DNA from: a virus
IMG/VR virus record: IMGVR_UViG_3300047462_000154
Coordinates: 96,001 to 160,000 of that record
DNA length: 64,000 nt
Strand: one strand, 5' to 3'
The notes under the pieces are model-generated. The model worked only from the letters and a program-made list of their open reading frames with translations, did not search any database and had not been told where the DNA came from. Position 1 is the first letter of the stretch. Each line of letters opens with the position of its first letter. This document shows, one piece after another, positions 40,456 through 50,905 of this stretch. The translations under genes were made by a program, and so were the position numbers.

Positions 40456-41799
40456 TCATGTATAGGTTACATTTATTGTGGCAATTCCTTGGGTTGCTGT
40501 TCCAGATAATTGTGCCAAAACTGCTGTATATGCTGAAGTTGATAAAACGACATTAGACCTTGTTGAATATGTTCCTAATTTAGTTAAATCAATTAAAGAT
40601 GCATCCATTATGGCATTTGCTGTTGTATTCGTTCCAATATTTAAAGTAACCCCAGAATTAAATACTTGGGTCACTGTCACAGATGTTATGGTAACGCATT
40701 TATTTGCGCTTATTTCACCAAGAACAACTAATGAGTTTGTGTTATTTACAACACCTTGAAGAGTTTCCGCATCAACGATAGAAGCTGCTTGGTCAATTAT
40801 TGTGGACCATGTTGAACCAGTATATATTTTTTGTGCCCATTCACTTCCAGTATCAGCAGAAATTACATATGCTTGGTCTCCTGGTTCTGGTGTTAATGCA
40901 GTTAAACTTGTATTATTTGCAACAACATTTGATTGATTTACATATCCTTTTGTTCCTGAAACATCAATACCAGTTTGTAATAACAAACCATTATTACTAC
41001 CTAAATTTATATAAACAGGACGCGCCCAAATACTTGGCGCAACATTCGTAAATCCGCTGCTTGATAAATAAATTAAATCACCTGGATTTCCAGGCAACGT
41101 TGGTGAAATATTTTTTATAATTTTGCCAATTGGTCTATAGGTAAAATATCCAGGACCAGGAACATTAATATCAGAAACAATTCCAACAATATTTTTCACA
41201 GTTGAAGAATTTGATGGCACTATTGAATATGTTCCAGATGATTGTAAATAAATTGGTTGTCCAACACTAAATGAATTTCCTGATTGATAAACACTATAAT
41301 GTGCTGACAACATATTTCTATATCTAAAACGACTTACTTGGTCTAATTGCCATGCCAAATTTGCATTTAATGAAGTTGCTAATGTGCTCATTGGTGTTAA
41401 TACAGGTAAAGCATCATCGCCCAATTGAAAAATATATCCAGAACCAGTGCTTCCAATACCCAAACCTTGACCAGTTGGGTCAGTAAAAGTATTGTATCTT
41501 TCTACATCTTGAACAACTAACGTAGCAGCATTTGCGGTTTGAGATGTTATAGAAATAACTTGAACAGATTTCCCACTTGCTAAATCAGAATACCAATCCC
41601 CAACAGAAATATTTAAACCATTATAATAATAAGGAGTTTGAGATAATGGATAAGAATGTTCTTGTGGTGTAACGGAAACAACTATAGTCCATTCATAAGG
41701 ATAATTAACCCATGGGTCATTTGCATCATTCGTTGTCCATAAAGCATAATTTGATATAGAAGTTACGTTTATTGGTAATAATCTTGGTGGTATAATCAC
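40456..41799 (-). CDS. virion structural protein (fibre-associated)
   Basis: Downstream of the long fibre gene; T/S/N-rich; YNGLNISVGDW, VQDVERYNTFTDP, SRFRYRN. Confidence 0.65.
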   Translation of the reverse strand: MIIPPRLLPINVTSISNYALWTTNDANDPWVNYPYEWTIVVSVTPQEHSYPLSQTPYYYNGLNISVGDWYSDLASGKSVQVISITSQTANAATLVVQDVERYNTFTDPTGQGLGIGSTGSGYIFQLGDDALPVLTPMSTLATSLNANLAWQLDQVSRFRYRNMLSAHYSVYQSGNSFSVGQPIYLQSSGTYSIVPSNSSTVKNIVGIVSDINVPGPGYFTYRPIGKIIKNISPTLPGNPGDLIYLSSSGFTNVAPSIWARPVYINLGSNNGLLLQTGIDVSGTKGYVNQSNVVANNTSLTALTPEPGDQAYVISADTGSEWAQKIYTGSTWSTIIDQAASIVDAETLQGVVNNTNSLVVLGEISANKCVTITSVTVTQVFNSGVTLNIGTNTTANAIMDASLIDLTKLGTYSTRSNVVLSTSAYTAVLAQLSGTATQGIATINVTYT

Positions 41800-41811
41800 T
41801 TTTTATATTCC

Positions 41812-44800
41812 TTAAATCAAAACTTGTACTAACATAAAACTCGATACTGCTGCATTAACAGCAGTAGAATTTACACCATACAAAGTAAATGTGTTAGGCA
41901 CATCATTACTTGAAGTAATTCCAACAGAAAATTGACCAGTTGGGTTTCCATTTGGAGTTTTCATTGTAAATACACCATTATTATTTCCAAAACATACAAT
42001 CGATTGAGGGAATAAACCTAAATTATGAGTGATGGTTATTTGATTTGAATTTACAATAGATGCCGTCCATCCTGTTGGTAATGACGCAACCGATGAAACA
42101 TTTCCATTACTATCAAAATTTACTTGAAAACTAAAACTATTTTGTAAAGTCCCAGTTCCATTAGAAGATGCAGAACCAGAAATAACTCTACCTTTTGCAT
42201 CAACAACAACAGAAGAATATGTTCCAGGAGTTACGCCAGTAGTTGCCAATGTTAATGGAATTGATGTAGTGCCTGTTCCAGAAGCATCACCAGACAACGT
42301 AATACTTTGATTATTTGTTAAATAATTTTGTTGTTTCACAAAATAAGTTGTAGCAACACTTGTTGAACTATCAGATAATAAAGGCGTTGGAGCAGTTGGT
42401 GTTCCAGTAAATGCAGGAGATGCTAACGGAGCAGCACCAGAAACATCAGAAATTGTTAAAATAACCGCACCAGTTCTGCCAGCAACAGAAACTACTTCAG
42501 AAGCTAATCCATCAACTTTATCCCAAACTGCACCATCAAATATTGCAGTATCACCAACATTCCATTGAAATAACCCATCCAAGTTTGTTGAACCAGCAAC
42601 AGATACTTTATAATAATATCCTTTAATACCCGTTGAACTTGTCAATGTTGGTGTATTTGTCGCCGCATTCCATGTTCCTTGATAAACCAATGCACCAAGC
42701 AATGAAGATGGCACTTGTGAATTCGTTAATCTACCATTTGAATCTAATGTTGCTAAACCATTTGCTACACCTTCATTTGCAGCAGATAATGGTGTATATC
42801 CAAGTGCAGAAATAATTGATGCAGAATTTATTTGACTTGCTGATACAACTAAACCTTTTGTATTAACAGTAACGGATGTATATGTGCCAGCAGAAACACC
42901 AGTAGCAGCCAAGGTGGTCGCTACACTGCCTACGCCTGTCCCTGTCACGTCTCCAGTTAAAGTAACGTCAGTAGTGCTCGTAACATTAGATGCGCTCTGT
43001 ATGCGCCCCTTAGCGTCTACAACAACCGCATTATACGTTCCTGGGGTAACACCAGTCGAAGTCAAAGTTAAATTAATTGTTCCATTACCAGAACCAGTCA
43101 CATCACCCGTAATTGTTGTTATTTGTTGTTTAACAAAAGAAGTAGTGGCAATTAAAGAAGACGAATCAGTTAAAGTCGGGGTAGGTGCAGTAGGTGAACC
43201 AGTAAACGCTGGTGATGCTAATGGAGCACCGCCAGATATATCATTTACTGATAAAGTTATCACACCAGTTCTACCAGCAACAGAAATTACTTCTAATGAC
43301 AATCCGTCAATTTTGTCCCATGTTGTTCCATCAAATATTGCAGTATCACCAACATTCCATTGCGAAATAGTATCCAATGTCGTTGAACCAGCAACAGATA
43401 CTTTATAATAATATCCTTTTGTTCCTGTGCTACTTGTTAATATTGGTGTATTTGTGGATGCATTCCAAGTGCCTTGATAAACAACAGCACCAACAATAGA
43501 TGCTGGTAGTTGAGTTAATGTCAATTTCCCAGTAACATCTAAAGTAGCAATTCCGTTTGTTGCACCTAGCAAAGAATTCGATACTGGCGTAAACCCAAGA
43601 GCATTTGTAATGCTAGAACTTGATAATGAACCACCAGATGTAACTAATCCTTTTGTGTTAACAACAACTGATTGATATGTGCCAGGAGTAACCCCAGAAG
43701 CAGCCAATGTTGTTGTAATTGTTCCTGTTCCAGAACCATTTACATCGCCTGTTAAAGTTGCGGCATTTTGAGTTGAATTTGTTCCACCAGTTACACGTCC
43801 AGTTGCATCAACAACCACATTATTATATGTGCCTGAACTAACTCCATTTGCAGAAAGAAACGTAGTAATCGTAATACTTGACGCACCATTAAAAGATGTT
43901 GCCCCAACAATATCACCTGTTAAATTAATGTTTACTGAATTTTGTAAAGAAGACGCAGTTGATGCATTTCCAATTAAATTTCCAATAAATGAAGCTGCTG
44001 TAGCATTACCATTTGTATCTCTTAAAATTAAAGTATTTGGTGTTGATGAAATTGCAGCCGTTGCATTTAATGGACTATATCCCAAAGCATTTATAATATC
44101 AGATGATGAAATTGTTCTTGCTGAAGTTATTAATCCATTATTATTAATTACAATATTTGTGTATGTGCCAGCAGTAACACCAGAAGCATTTAATGAAAAT
44201 AAAATTGTGCTATTATCTGATGATAATATGGTTGATATTGGAGATAAACCAGCAACAGAAACAAAACTTGCAATTTGAGTGGCAATGCCTGCAAAAACTG
44301 GTATAGATGAATAAGTGCTTGTTAAAGTATGAATGCCATTTAAAGGTGCTTCTAATTCCGATTGAATATTTGTTATTCTACCATATTGGTCAATAGTGAC
44401 AGTTGGTGCAAAATATGTTCCAGGCATTGCACCAGACAAATTTAAACCAATTGTTACAACACCTGTTGTTGTAACTGGCGAACCAAAAACAGTAACACCA
44501 TTTTGACCAACGATTGTTATTTCTTGAACTGTTCCAGAACCAGATAATGCCCAAACAATATTTGTGCCATTCCATTGCAATGAAGTATTTGCTGTTGTTG
44601 GTGCAGAAATAAATTCTAAATTTCCAGAATTACCATAAAGCAAACCATCTTGAATAATTGTATTTGGAACATCAGTTAAATTAGTAAATGATGGATAAGG
44701 AGAAGAAACAGTTATCGTATCATTATCAGAAGAAAGTAAAATATTATTGCCTTCAACCAATGATTTAAAAAATAAAGTAATATTTTGATTGCCCGCATAA

Positions 44801-44979
44801 GATGAATAAACACCCGTACCAACACCAGCATTGGCACCAATAACACCAAGCAAATAATTTGGGGTTAATGTTGAAGAACTTTGTGATGCAGGAACATTAG
44901 AAGAAGTAGGCACATTTGTAGCACCATAGGTGATTTGACCAGTTCCAGGAGTGATTATTCCAGAATCAACAGTGGGCAT
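41812..44979 (-). CDS. long tail fibre protein with internal repeats
   Basis: Repeated GV..GTY..V.VD..GR, LTGDVTG, ALGYTP, APLASPAFTG.PTAPTP and a duplicated YQGTWNA.TNTP module. Confidence 0.85.
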   Translation of the reverse strand: MPTVDSGIITPGTGQITYGATNVPTSSNVPASQSSSTLTPNYLLGVIGANAGVGTGVYSSYAGNQNITLFFKSLVEGNNILLSSDNDTITVSSPYPSFTNLTDVPNTIIQDGLLYGNSGNLEFISAPTTANTSLQWNGTNIVWALSGSGTVQEITIVGQNGVTVFGSPVTTTGVVTIGLNLSGAMPGTYFAPTVTIDQYGRITNIQSELEAPLNGIHTLTSTYSSIPVFAGIATQIASFVSVAGLSPISTILSSDNSTILFSLNASGVTAGTYTNIVINNNGLITSARTISSSDIINALGYSPLNATAAISSTPNTLILRDTNGNATAASFIGNLIGNASTASSLQNSVNINLTGDIVGATSFNGASSITITTFLSANGVSSGTYNNVVVDATGRVTGGTNSTQNAATLTGDVNGSGTGTITTTLAASGVTPGTYQSVVVNTKGLVTSGGSLSSSSITNALGFTPVSNSLLGATNGIATLDVTGKLTLTQLPASIVGAVVYQGTWNASTNTPILTSSTGTKGYYYKVSVAGSTTLDTISQWNVGDTAIFDGTTWDKIDGLSLEVISVAGRTGVITLSVNDISGGAPLASPAFTGSPTAPTPTLTDSSSLIATTSFVKQQITTITGDVTGSGNGTINLTLTSTGVTPGTYNAVVVDAKGRIQSASNVTSTTDVTLTGDVTGTGVGSVATTLAATGVSAGTYTSVTVNTKGLVVSASQINSASIISALGYTPLSAANEGVANGLATLDSNGRLTNSQVPSSLLGALVYQGTWNAATNTPTLTSSTGIKGYYYKVSVAGSTNLDGLFQWNVGDTAIFDGAVWDKVDGLASEVVSVAGRTGAVILTISDVSGAAPLASPAFTGTPTAPTPLLSDSSTSVATTYFVKQQNYLTNNQSITLSGDASGTGTTSIPLTLATTGVTPGTYSSVVVDAKGRVISGSASSNGTGTLQNSFSFQVNFDSNGNVSSVASLPTGWTASIVNSNQITITHNLGLFPQSIVCFGNNNGVFTMKTPNGNPTGQFSVGITSSNDVPNTFTLYGVNSTAVNAAVSSFMLVQVLI

Positions 44980-45101
44980 ATTAAATGTAATCCTTGCTTT
45001 ATTAGTTATTTATTCTGGATTGCATCTCTGAAACAATTATGTTATTTATTGCGCTGCACCTAATACAAAGGAGTTTCCATGGGTATTTATAAACACCATA
45101 A

Positions 45102-45371
45102 ATGGTGGAGCAAAAAAGACAGATGACCGAAGAAGAAATGTTTGAAAAAAGTTTTGAAAGACCAAAAAATTATTTTCATCTGACTTCACAACATCAATGG
45201 GAAATAGATTCACGCCTTGGTATTCTTGATTGGGAAGGTAAAAATCTCACAGAAGAACAAAAGAAACGTTTTAAAAAGGAAAGTGCCTGGGTTGGCTACC
45301 TAATAGCATTGCTAATGCTTGGTGACGTGAAAACGTTAATGGTTCGATGCCCCGATTTAAAAACTCAATAA
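45102..45371 (+). CDS. small hypothetical protein
   Basis: FEKSFERPKNYFHL...QWEID..LGILDWEG; likely start ATG 45123 after GGAG; 3' end uncertain. Confidence 0.5.
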   Translation: MVEQKRQMTEEEMFEKSFERPKNYFHLTSQHQWEIDSRLGILDWEGKNLTEEQKKRFKKESAWVGYLIALLMLGDVKTLMVRCPDLKTQ

Positions 45372-45818
45372 AATAGAATCAATAATACCAAATGGTTCTA
45401 TTTGAACGGGAGTTAAATATGCTGGTAAAAAATTAGACCTTTGAATTCTTGCGCGCATCCACAAACAATTCAAATAAAAATTAAATCCAAGTGTAGATGA
45501 TTCACCATTTACACCAACTTTTGAATACCAATCAGTAGATAATCCATAAGTTTGAGATTGTTGTCCAGGTAATATATTTCTCGGATATTGAATACAATCT
45601 TTTCCTTCAATTAATTGAATCGGAAACCAATCAGTTGATTGTGGAACAGCAACATTTGAACCTTCAATATATAAACTGCCTTGAAAATTAAGTGTCTGAA
45701 TTTGAATGGTATTAAAGCCAATCGTAGGACCATAATAACCAGCAGCCTTAACTATAGGTGCAATATAATCGATTTCTGGAGGCATGAAAGTAAGGAGTTG
45801 TATGGGTTTTCTGGACAT
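45357..45818 (-). CDS. late hypothetical / virion protein
   Basis: KAAGYYG, FQGSLYIEGS...P..TDWF.I, FNF..N..WMRA; TATAAATA at 45824-45831 (minus) supports start at ATG 45818. Confidence 0.7.
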   Translation of the reverse strand: MSRKPIQLLTFMPPEIDYIAPIVKAAGYYGPTIGFNTIQIQTLNFQGSLYIEGSNVAVPQSTDWFPIQLIEGKDCIQYPRNILPGQQSQTYGLSTDWYSKVGVNGESSTLGFNFYLNCLWMRARIQRSNFLPAYLTPVQIEPFGIIDSILLSF

Positions 45819-45838
45819 ACATCTATTTATAATCAGGA

Positions 45839-45867
45839 TTGACAAATATTTTTTTATGAGATAGCGT
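45839..45867 (+). promoter_or_regulatory. sigma70-type promoter
   Basis: TTGACA-17 nt-TAGCGT upstream of GAGG RBS and ATG 45899. Confidence 0.5.
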
Positions 45868-45898
45868 ATCTATCTATCAATCAGAGGATTTATGACCA

Positions 45899-46690
45899 AT
45901 GGGCACCAAAGTTGTTAAACAAACTGTTTTTGATAAGCCATTTTTGGCTTGGCATTTTACATCAAGCGAAAGCCCATTGCTTTTAAAACCAAATAAAAAA
46001 TTGGTTCATACTGATGAATTGGAAGTATGTAAATCTGGTTTACACGCTTCTTATTCTCTTAAAGATGCTGCTGAAAACAATGGTTATGTTTATAAAAACA
46101 TTGATTTATTGTGCAGAGTTAAATGTGAAGGCGAATATCAATTAAAAGATAAATCTTGTTCAATAGAAAAAAACACAAAATTTGTATGTCGTGAAAGAAC
46201 AATTTTATGGCAAATTACTAAAAAAGATTTAGAAAAAATAATTGATGATATTCGAATTGATTTGCAAAAATATCTTCGTTGGACTGATTGTTCAGAAATC
46301 GTAAAAGATTACATAAAAAACGGCGATGATGTTATTTTAAAATACGCATACAATGCAAATGAAGAAAATACAAAATCTAATCGACATAATCATCGATTTA
46401 GTGGTTTTCATGAATTTGCTTTTGGTTTTCATCAACAAAAAACCAATAAGTATATTGAAAAATTGGTCAATAAATCAAACGATTTAATTGATTCGTTTTT
46501 TGGATTTTATGGAACACATAGTGGTTTTACTAAAGAAGTATCCATAAATTCGATTATATGTAATATAATGGATATTTGGGCAAAAATTATGGAATTTGAA
46601 AATTTATTAAACGATGAAGAATATCAAAAAGAAGATTTCAAAACAGCAAAAAAATTAGAAGATTTGCTTATCAAACAATTTTCTGTTTAA
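45899..46690 (+). CDS. hypothetical phage protein
   Basis: AWHF...LEVCKSGLHAS..L.DA...LCRV...KFVCRERTILW. Confidence 0.65.
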   Translation: MGTKVVKQTVFDKPFLAWHFTSSESPLLLKPNKKLVHTDELEVCKSGLHASYSLKDAAENNGYVYKNIDLLCRVKCEGEYQLKDKSCSIEKNTKFVCRERTILWQITKKDLEKIIDDIRIDLQKYLRWTDCSEIVKDYIKNGDDVILKYAYNANEENTKSNRHNHRFSGFHEFAFGFHQQKTNKYIEKLVNKSNDLIDSFFGFYGTHSGFTKEVSINSIICNIMDIWAKIMEFENLLNDEEYQKEDFKTAKKLEDLLIKQFSV

Positions 46691-46716
46691 TAAATCAAAT
46701 TCTGAAATGCAAAAAA

Positions 46717-47088
46717 ATGTCACGTTTAATTTGGAATGAAACGACTACGCCTCCACAAAGTTTTGAATCTAATATGTTCATGCTCAATCTTGGGCGCGGA
46801 CCAAATAAAACAGTTCCTCTACGGATAGAAACAGGAGGAACAAAAACGCTAATTGGTAAAAGTGGCGATTTTTTAGTTTGTAAAATTTTTATAGAATATA
46901 CAAAAGACGGAAAAGTTAATTGGATGGAATTAAGTATTAGTAACAAATTATTCAGAGGCAAAAAAACACAAATCCGAGATTTAAAGGATGAAAACGTAGA
47001 GATTTCAAAGCTTAAAAAAGACGCACAGAAAAAATGGGATAAATGGTTGATAACTGCACAATTAAAAAATAAAAATTCTTTGCTCTGA
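46717..47088 (+). CDS. hypothetical protein
   Basis: 123 aa ORF co-oriented with neighbours. Confidence 0.55.
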   Translation: MSRLIWNETTTPPQSFESNMFMLNLGRGPNKTVPLRIETGGTKTLIGKSGDFLVCKIFIEYTKDGKVNWMELSISNKLFRGKKTQIRDLKDENVEISKLKKDAQKKWDKWLITAQLKNKNSLL

Positions 47089-47185
47089 TATCTTGACAAA
47101 TAATTTTTATATGATATAAGTATATTATTAAGAATTCTATATAACACTGGTTATAATAGAAACTTATAAGACTATAAAAGAGCCG

Positions 47186-47276
47186 CCTATAAATTATACA
47201 ATTATAGGGATTATCGAGGTTTTTATAGCAACATCTTCTAACTTTTGTTGCCGTAAACCCGAAAGGAATCCCTATG
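47186..47276 (+). promoter_or_regulatory. structured 5' leader hairpin covering the start region
   Basis: atagggatt (47204-12) pairs with aatccctat (47267-75); inner stems tcg/cga, ggttt/aaacc, gcaaca/tgttgc. Confidence 0.55.
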
Positions 47277-47894
47277 TCCAGAACGATTCGAAAACTTCCT
47301 ATCACTCGTTGGAAAAACTATGGCAAATGGTATGCATCTTGTTTGCCTTATACAAAACCAGATTATTCAAATATTAGAATTTTTCATTATCATCCTAACC
47401 AGCGTTGGGAGGGAGACAGTATTCTTCAAATTATTTTCAAAAACAATATTGATGAAACTTTTTATGAAATTATTGAACATGAAAATGGCTATCGTCAAGT
47501 TATTATTAAAAAACATTTTTCAATAAAAGATACTTATGAAGATGAAGATAAAATTTTTGAAGAAAGAATTATGGATTATGCACGTAAAAACGGCACTTGT
47601 AAAAGACAGCGCAAAAATGGAGTGCGTCTAACGAAAAAACTTGACCGCCGCCAGCGTAGAGCACAAGCGAAAATGGATTTGATAAAAGAATTTAATACTA
47701 TTGAACAAGATGAACCAGATGAGGCTCAAAGACTATTATTGTCAGAAAAACGCGAAAGAAAATCTCTTTTGCGTTCAAGACGATATAATGCAAGAAAAAA
47801 TTATGAAAAATCGCTTAAAGAAAGCACTGCACTTGGATTTGATGAATTATATGGTGAAAAATATTATGAAAATCATCCTTGGTATTTTTATTGA
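47274..47894 (+). CDS. basic hypothetical protein (MSRTIR... type)
   Basis: AAGGA RBS; Arg-rich helix DRRQRRAQAKMDL. Confidence 0.65.
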   Translation: MSRTIRKLPITRWKNYGKWYASCLPYTKPDYSNIRIFHYHPNQRWEGDSILQIIFKNNIDETFYEIIEHENGYRQVIIKKHFSIKDTYEDEDKIFEERIMDYARKNGTCKRQRKNGVRLTKKLDRRQRRAQAKMDLIKEFNTIEQDEPDEAQRLLLSEKRERKSLLRSRRYNARKNYEKSLKESTALGFDELYGEKYYENHPWYFY

Positions 47895-47909
47895 ATCTAA
47901 TTCAATAAT

Positions 47910-48218
47910 TTATACAAAGAAAAATTTCCCATATCTTTTTCTTGGATTTTTATCACTAGAAAGAAATACATATTGATTCCATATATTTTCATATTGCAAT
48001 TCTAAATCCATAACATAAAAGAAACCAACGTTTTTCCAAAGATATTCTATTTCTTTTACTATCTCCGAAATATCTTCTTTAATCGAAATATTCATATCAG
48101 ATTCATATTTCAAACGTATTGTCAAAATTTTATTGAAACTGTCATCCAATACAAGTTCAACATTTTTATACAATGTATAAAGTAAAAGATGGTTCAATTT
48201 ATACTTCCAAGTGTTCAC
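47910..48218 (-). CDS. hypothetical protein
   Basis: 102 aa ORF, GTG start, fills the gap. Confidence 0.4.
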   Translation of the reverse strand: MNTWKYKLNHLLLYTLYKNVELVLDDSFNKILTIRLKYESDMNISIKEDISEIVKEIEYLWKNVGFFYVMDLELQYENIWNQYVFLSSDKNPRKRYGKFFFV

Positions 48219-48290
48219 TATAATATTTAGTTCTAATTTTTAAGTATTCGCAAATAAAAAACATGTTTACAACCAAATTGATTTCTGTTT

Positions 48291-49541
48291 ATGTTTTGCC
48301 AACATCAATATGAATTGGACAAATCAAACATGCGTTTTCTTGTAAGCGAAACATCCTATTTCCCAACAAGCGATTTTTCTCATAAAATTTCAGAAATTTT
48401 ACCTCCAAACAATTTTGTAATCAAAGTTGATAGAGAAAGAGGCATGTTTTTTGAAATGATTGATTCATTTAAATTTGATGGAAAAATCTACGGCAATCCA
48501 ATAAATCGTGCCAAAAAGATTTTAAACACATATGAAAAACGCAGTAATAGCACAGGCGTTTTATTGTCTGGTAGAAAAGGTAGTGGTAAAACACTTCTTG
48601 CCAAAATGCTTTCTACTCTTGGTGCAGAAATCGGATATCCAACTATTGTGATAAATGCTGCATATTATGGCGATGCATTTAATATGCTAATTCAATCAAT
48701 CACACAACCATGTATAATTCTATTTGATGAATTTGAAAAAGTTTATAATTCAGATGTACAACAAGCTATTCTTACATTGCTCGATGGCGTGTTCCCAACC
48801 AAAAAACTTTTCATTTTTACGTGTAATGATTACACCAGAATTGACCAACATCTTCAAAATCGTCCTGGTAGGATTTTCTACACAATTCAATATAAAGGAT
48901 TAGAAGCCGCATTTGTTAAAGAATATTGCGAAGATAATCTAAAAAACAAAAAACATATAAAAGAAGTTATCAAATTATTTCACCTTTTTGATGATTTTAA
49001 TTTCGATATCCTTAAAGCACTTGTAGAAGAAATGAACCGTTATGACGAAACAGTTCAAGAAGCAATGATTATGCTTAATGCAAAAACATATTCTTTAGAT
49101 TATTCACAGTATACTATCGAAGTATATGATGGGGAAACAAAACTCCATGCAAATTCTTATTCTCCAAATAGAACCGATAAAAATCCAACAATGTATGAAA
49201 ATCTTTCTATTGTGATAAACAATCCAAAATCTACAAATCCAAATACAAATCCAAAATCGACTCATGTGCAAAATCTGCCAATATCACATGATATTAATGA
49301 TAGTGTTAGTGCTACAGCAACAGATATGGTGAATACTCTGAGAGAAATGCTTGCTGGCGATTCAGATGAATCTGAATCAAAATCCAAGAAAAAAATCAGA
49401 CCAATTACTTTGAGTATTTCTCAAACAACTAAACGGTCTATCGAAGTAGATGGAACAATTGTTTACAAAATAAACAGATATATTATCAAATGTGTAAAAG
49501 TGCAATACCAAAGAGACTATACCGCTTATATGGATGATTAA
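48291..49541 (+). CDS. AAA+ ATPase
   Basis: Walker A GRKGSGKT, Walker B ILFDEFEK, LTLLDG, FTCN, NRPGRI; true start may be ATG 48330. Confidence 0.9.
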   Translation: MFCQHQYELDKSNMRFLVSETSYFPTSDFSHKISEILPPNNFVIKVDRERGMFFEMIDSFKFDGKIYGNPINRAKKILNTYEKRSNSTGVLLSGRKGSGKTLLAKMLSTLGAEIGYPTIVINAAYYGDAFNMLIQSITQPCIILFDEFEKVYNSDVQQAILTLLDGVFPTKKLFIFTCNDYTRIDQHLQNRPGRIFYTIQYKGLEAAFVKEYCEDNLKNKKHIKEVIKLFHLFDDFNFDILKALVEEMNRYDETVQEAMIMLNAKTYSLDYSQYTIEVYDGETKLHANSYSPNRTDKNPTMYENLSIVINNPKSTNPNTNPKSTHVQNLPISHDINDSVSATATDMVNTLREMLAGDSDESESKSKKKIRPITLSISQTTKRSIEVDGTIVYKINRYIIKCVKVQYQRDYTAYMDD

Positions 49542-49870
49542 TGCCCTGGATATTGTTTCTTGATGATGTAAGAATGCCAAATCTAACGTATCCTAATCAA
49601 GATACGTTAGATTGGATTATCTGTAGAAGTTTTGCAGATGCAGTATCAAAAACAAAATCTCTCGGTTGTCCAAACAAAATTCTTTTTGACCATGATTTAG
49701 GTGAAAATGAAACAGGGTTCGATTTTGCCAAATGGTTGATAAATGAAATTTTAAATGGTATGCAAATACCAAATGATTTTTCATTCGAAATCCATTCAAT
49801 GAACCCAATAGGTTCTGAAAATATTAAACAATTAATGAATGGTTTTCTTCAACATATCAAGGAAATGTAA
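49541..49870 (+). CDS. cyclic-phosphate-processing receiver-domain protein
   Basis: LFLDDVR.P, CRSF, FDHDLG..TGFDFAKWL, IHSMNPIG..NI. Confidence 0.8.
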   Translation: MPWILFLDDVRMPNLTYPNQDTLDWIICRSFADAVSKTKSLGCPNKILFDHDLGENETGFDFAKWLINEILNGMQIPNDFSFEIHSMNPIGSENIKQLMNGFLQHIKEM

Positions 49871-50169
49871 TGTCTTCTATTACACCGTCAATAAATGATA
49901 AATTTTGCTCAGATTGTTTATTTTATTTTGAAAATCCAAAAAATTCAGAATTTTCAAAATGTAAACATTCAGCAAAAATAGAATATCTTATAGATAAAAA
50001 AACTTCACAAACTAACGAAAATAATTTTTATTATTGTACAACAGAAAGAAATTATGGAAATTGTGGTCCATTGGGGAAAAATTTCCAATGGAAAACATTA
50101 ACAATAGAACATGATGATAATAAACCAAATATATTCTTTAAATTGAAAACACTTTTATTAAAAGGGTGA
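49870..50169 (+). CDS. Cys-rich hypothetical protein
   Basis: C..C..F, SKC.H, YC..ER..G.CGP.G..F. Confidence 0.6.
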   Translation: MSSITPSINDKFCSDCLFYFENPKNSEFSKCKHSAKIEYLIDKKTSQTNENNFYYCTTERNYGNCGPLGKNFQWKTLTIEHDDNKPNIFFKLKTLLLKG

Positions 50170-50400
50170 ACCACCACCGCCAGATTCTTCTTTAGGTAAG
50201 CCATACATTATTTTCAATAAATCTTGTCTTTTTAAATTTTCAAGTTTTTGCACAGCACGCATTTTTTTCAAGCGATTTAAGTGTTTGAGAGTAAGTAAAG
50301 GTTTTCTCGTATCCGTAGGTAAACGAATATTAACCTTATCTTCAGTAGGGTCATAATATCCAGTCTCAAAATCTTGTTGGTCTAATTCAAATAATTTCAT
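50158..50400 (-). CDS. small head-assembly-region protein
   Basis: MKLFEL...DTRKPLLTLKHLNRLKKMR...MYG; GATAAATA upstream supports start 50400; near portal. Confidence 0.65.
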   Translation of the reverse strand: MKLFELDQQDFETGYYDPTEDKVNIRLPTDTRKPLLTLKHLNRLKKMRAVQKLENLKRQDLLKIMYGLPKEESGGGGSPF

Positions 50401-50411
50401 ATTTTTATTTA

Positions 50412-50885
50412 TCAATTCTTAGTCAACAAATATAATGCTCTATCAACATCATTAGAAAAATAAATCCATCCTGGCTTTATATACCAACAGCCTTTGCAAT
50501 TTTTCTTACACCATTTATTCAAATCATAAATGTAATCAAAATTAATCCGTAAACCAGTAATTTCACCCTTCTTATGCTTAACACTAAAACTCCATAAAGT
50601 TTCTTCATTCACATAAGGAATATGCCCTACAAATATACCTTCTCTTGGTATAGCAACCCGCAATATCTTATGACGCATACTGGAATGTGAATTAAACGCT
50701 TGTAGAAAATCCTTAACACATCTATCTGCACAAAATGATATATCCTCTGGAAATAATTTTGTTTCATTAGTATCATTAAATTCATATTCATAACTATAAC
50801 GCATAGCAATGGATTTAAAAATCGTTCTATTCTTCACCATAAATGATACATCAATAACAGCAGTATTGGGCGGTATTAAACTCAT
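50412..50885 (-). CDS. hypothetical, WC..NC/YF...D..LY.L family
   Basis: Ends WCKKNCKGCW...IYFSNDVDRALYLL. Confidence 0.65.
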   Translation of the reverse strand: MSLIPPNTAVIDVSFMVKNRTIFKSIAMRYSYEYEFNDTNETKLFPEDISFCADRCVKDFLQAFNSHSSMRHKILRVAIPREGIFVGHIPYVNEETLWSFSVKHKKGEITGLRINFDYIYDLNKWCKKNCKGCWYIKPGWIYFSNDVDRALYLLTKN

Positions 50886-50905
50886 TCTTCAAATATACCC
50901 TGGAA

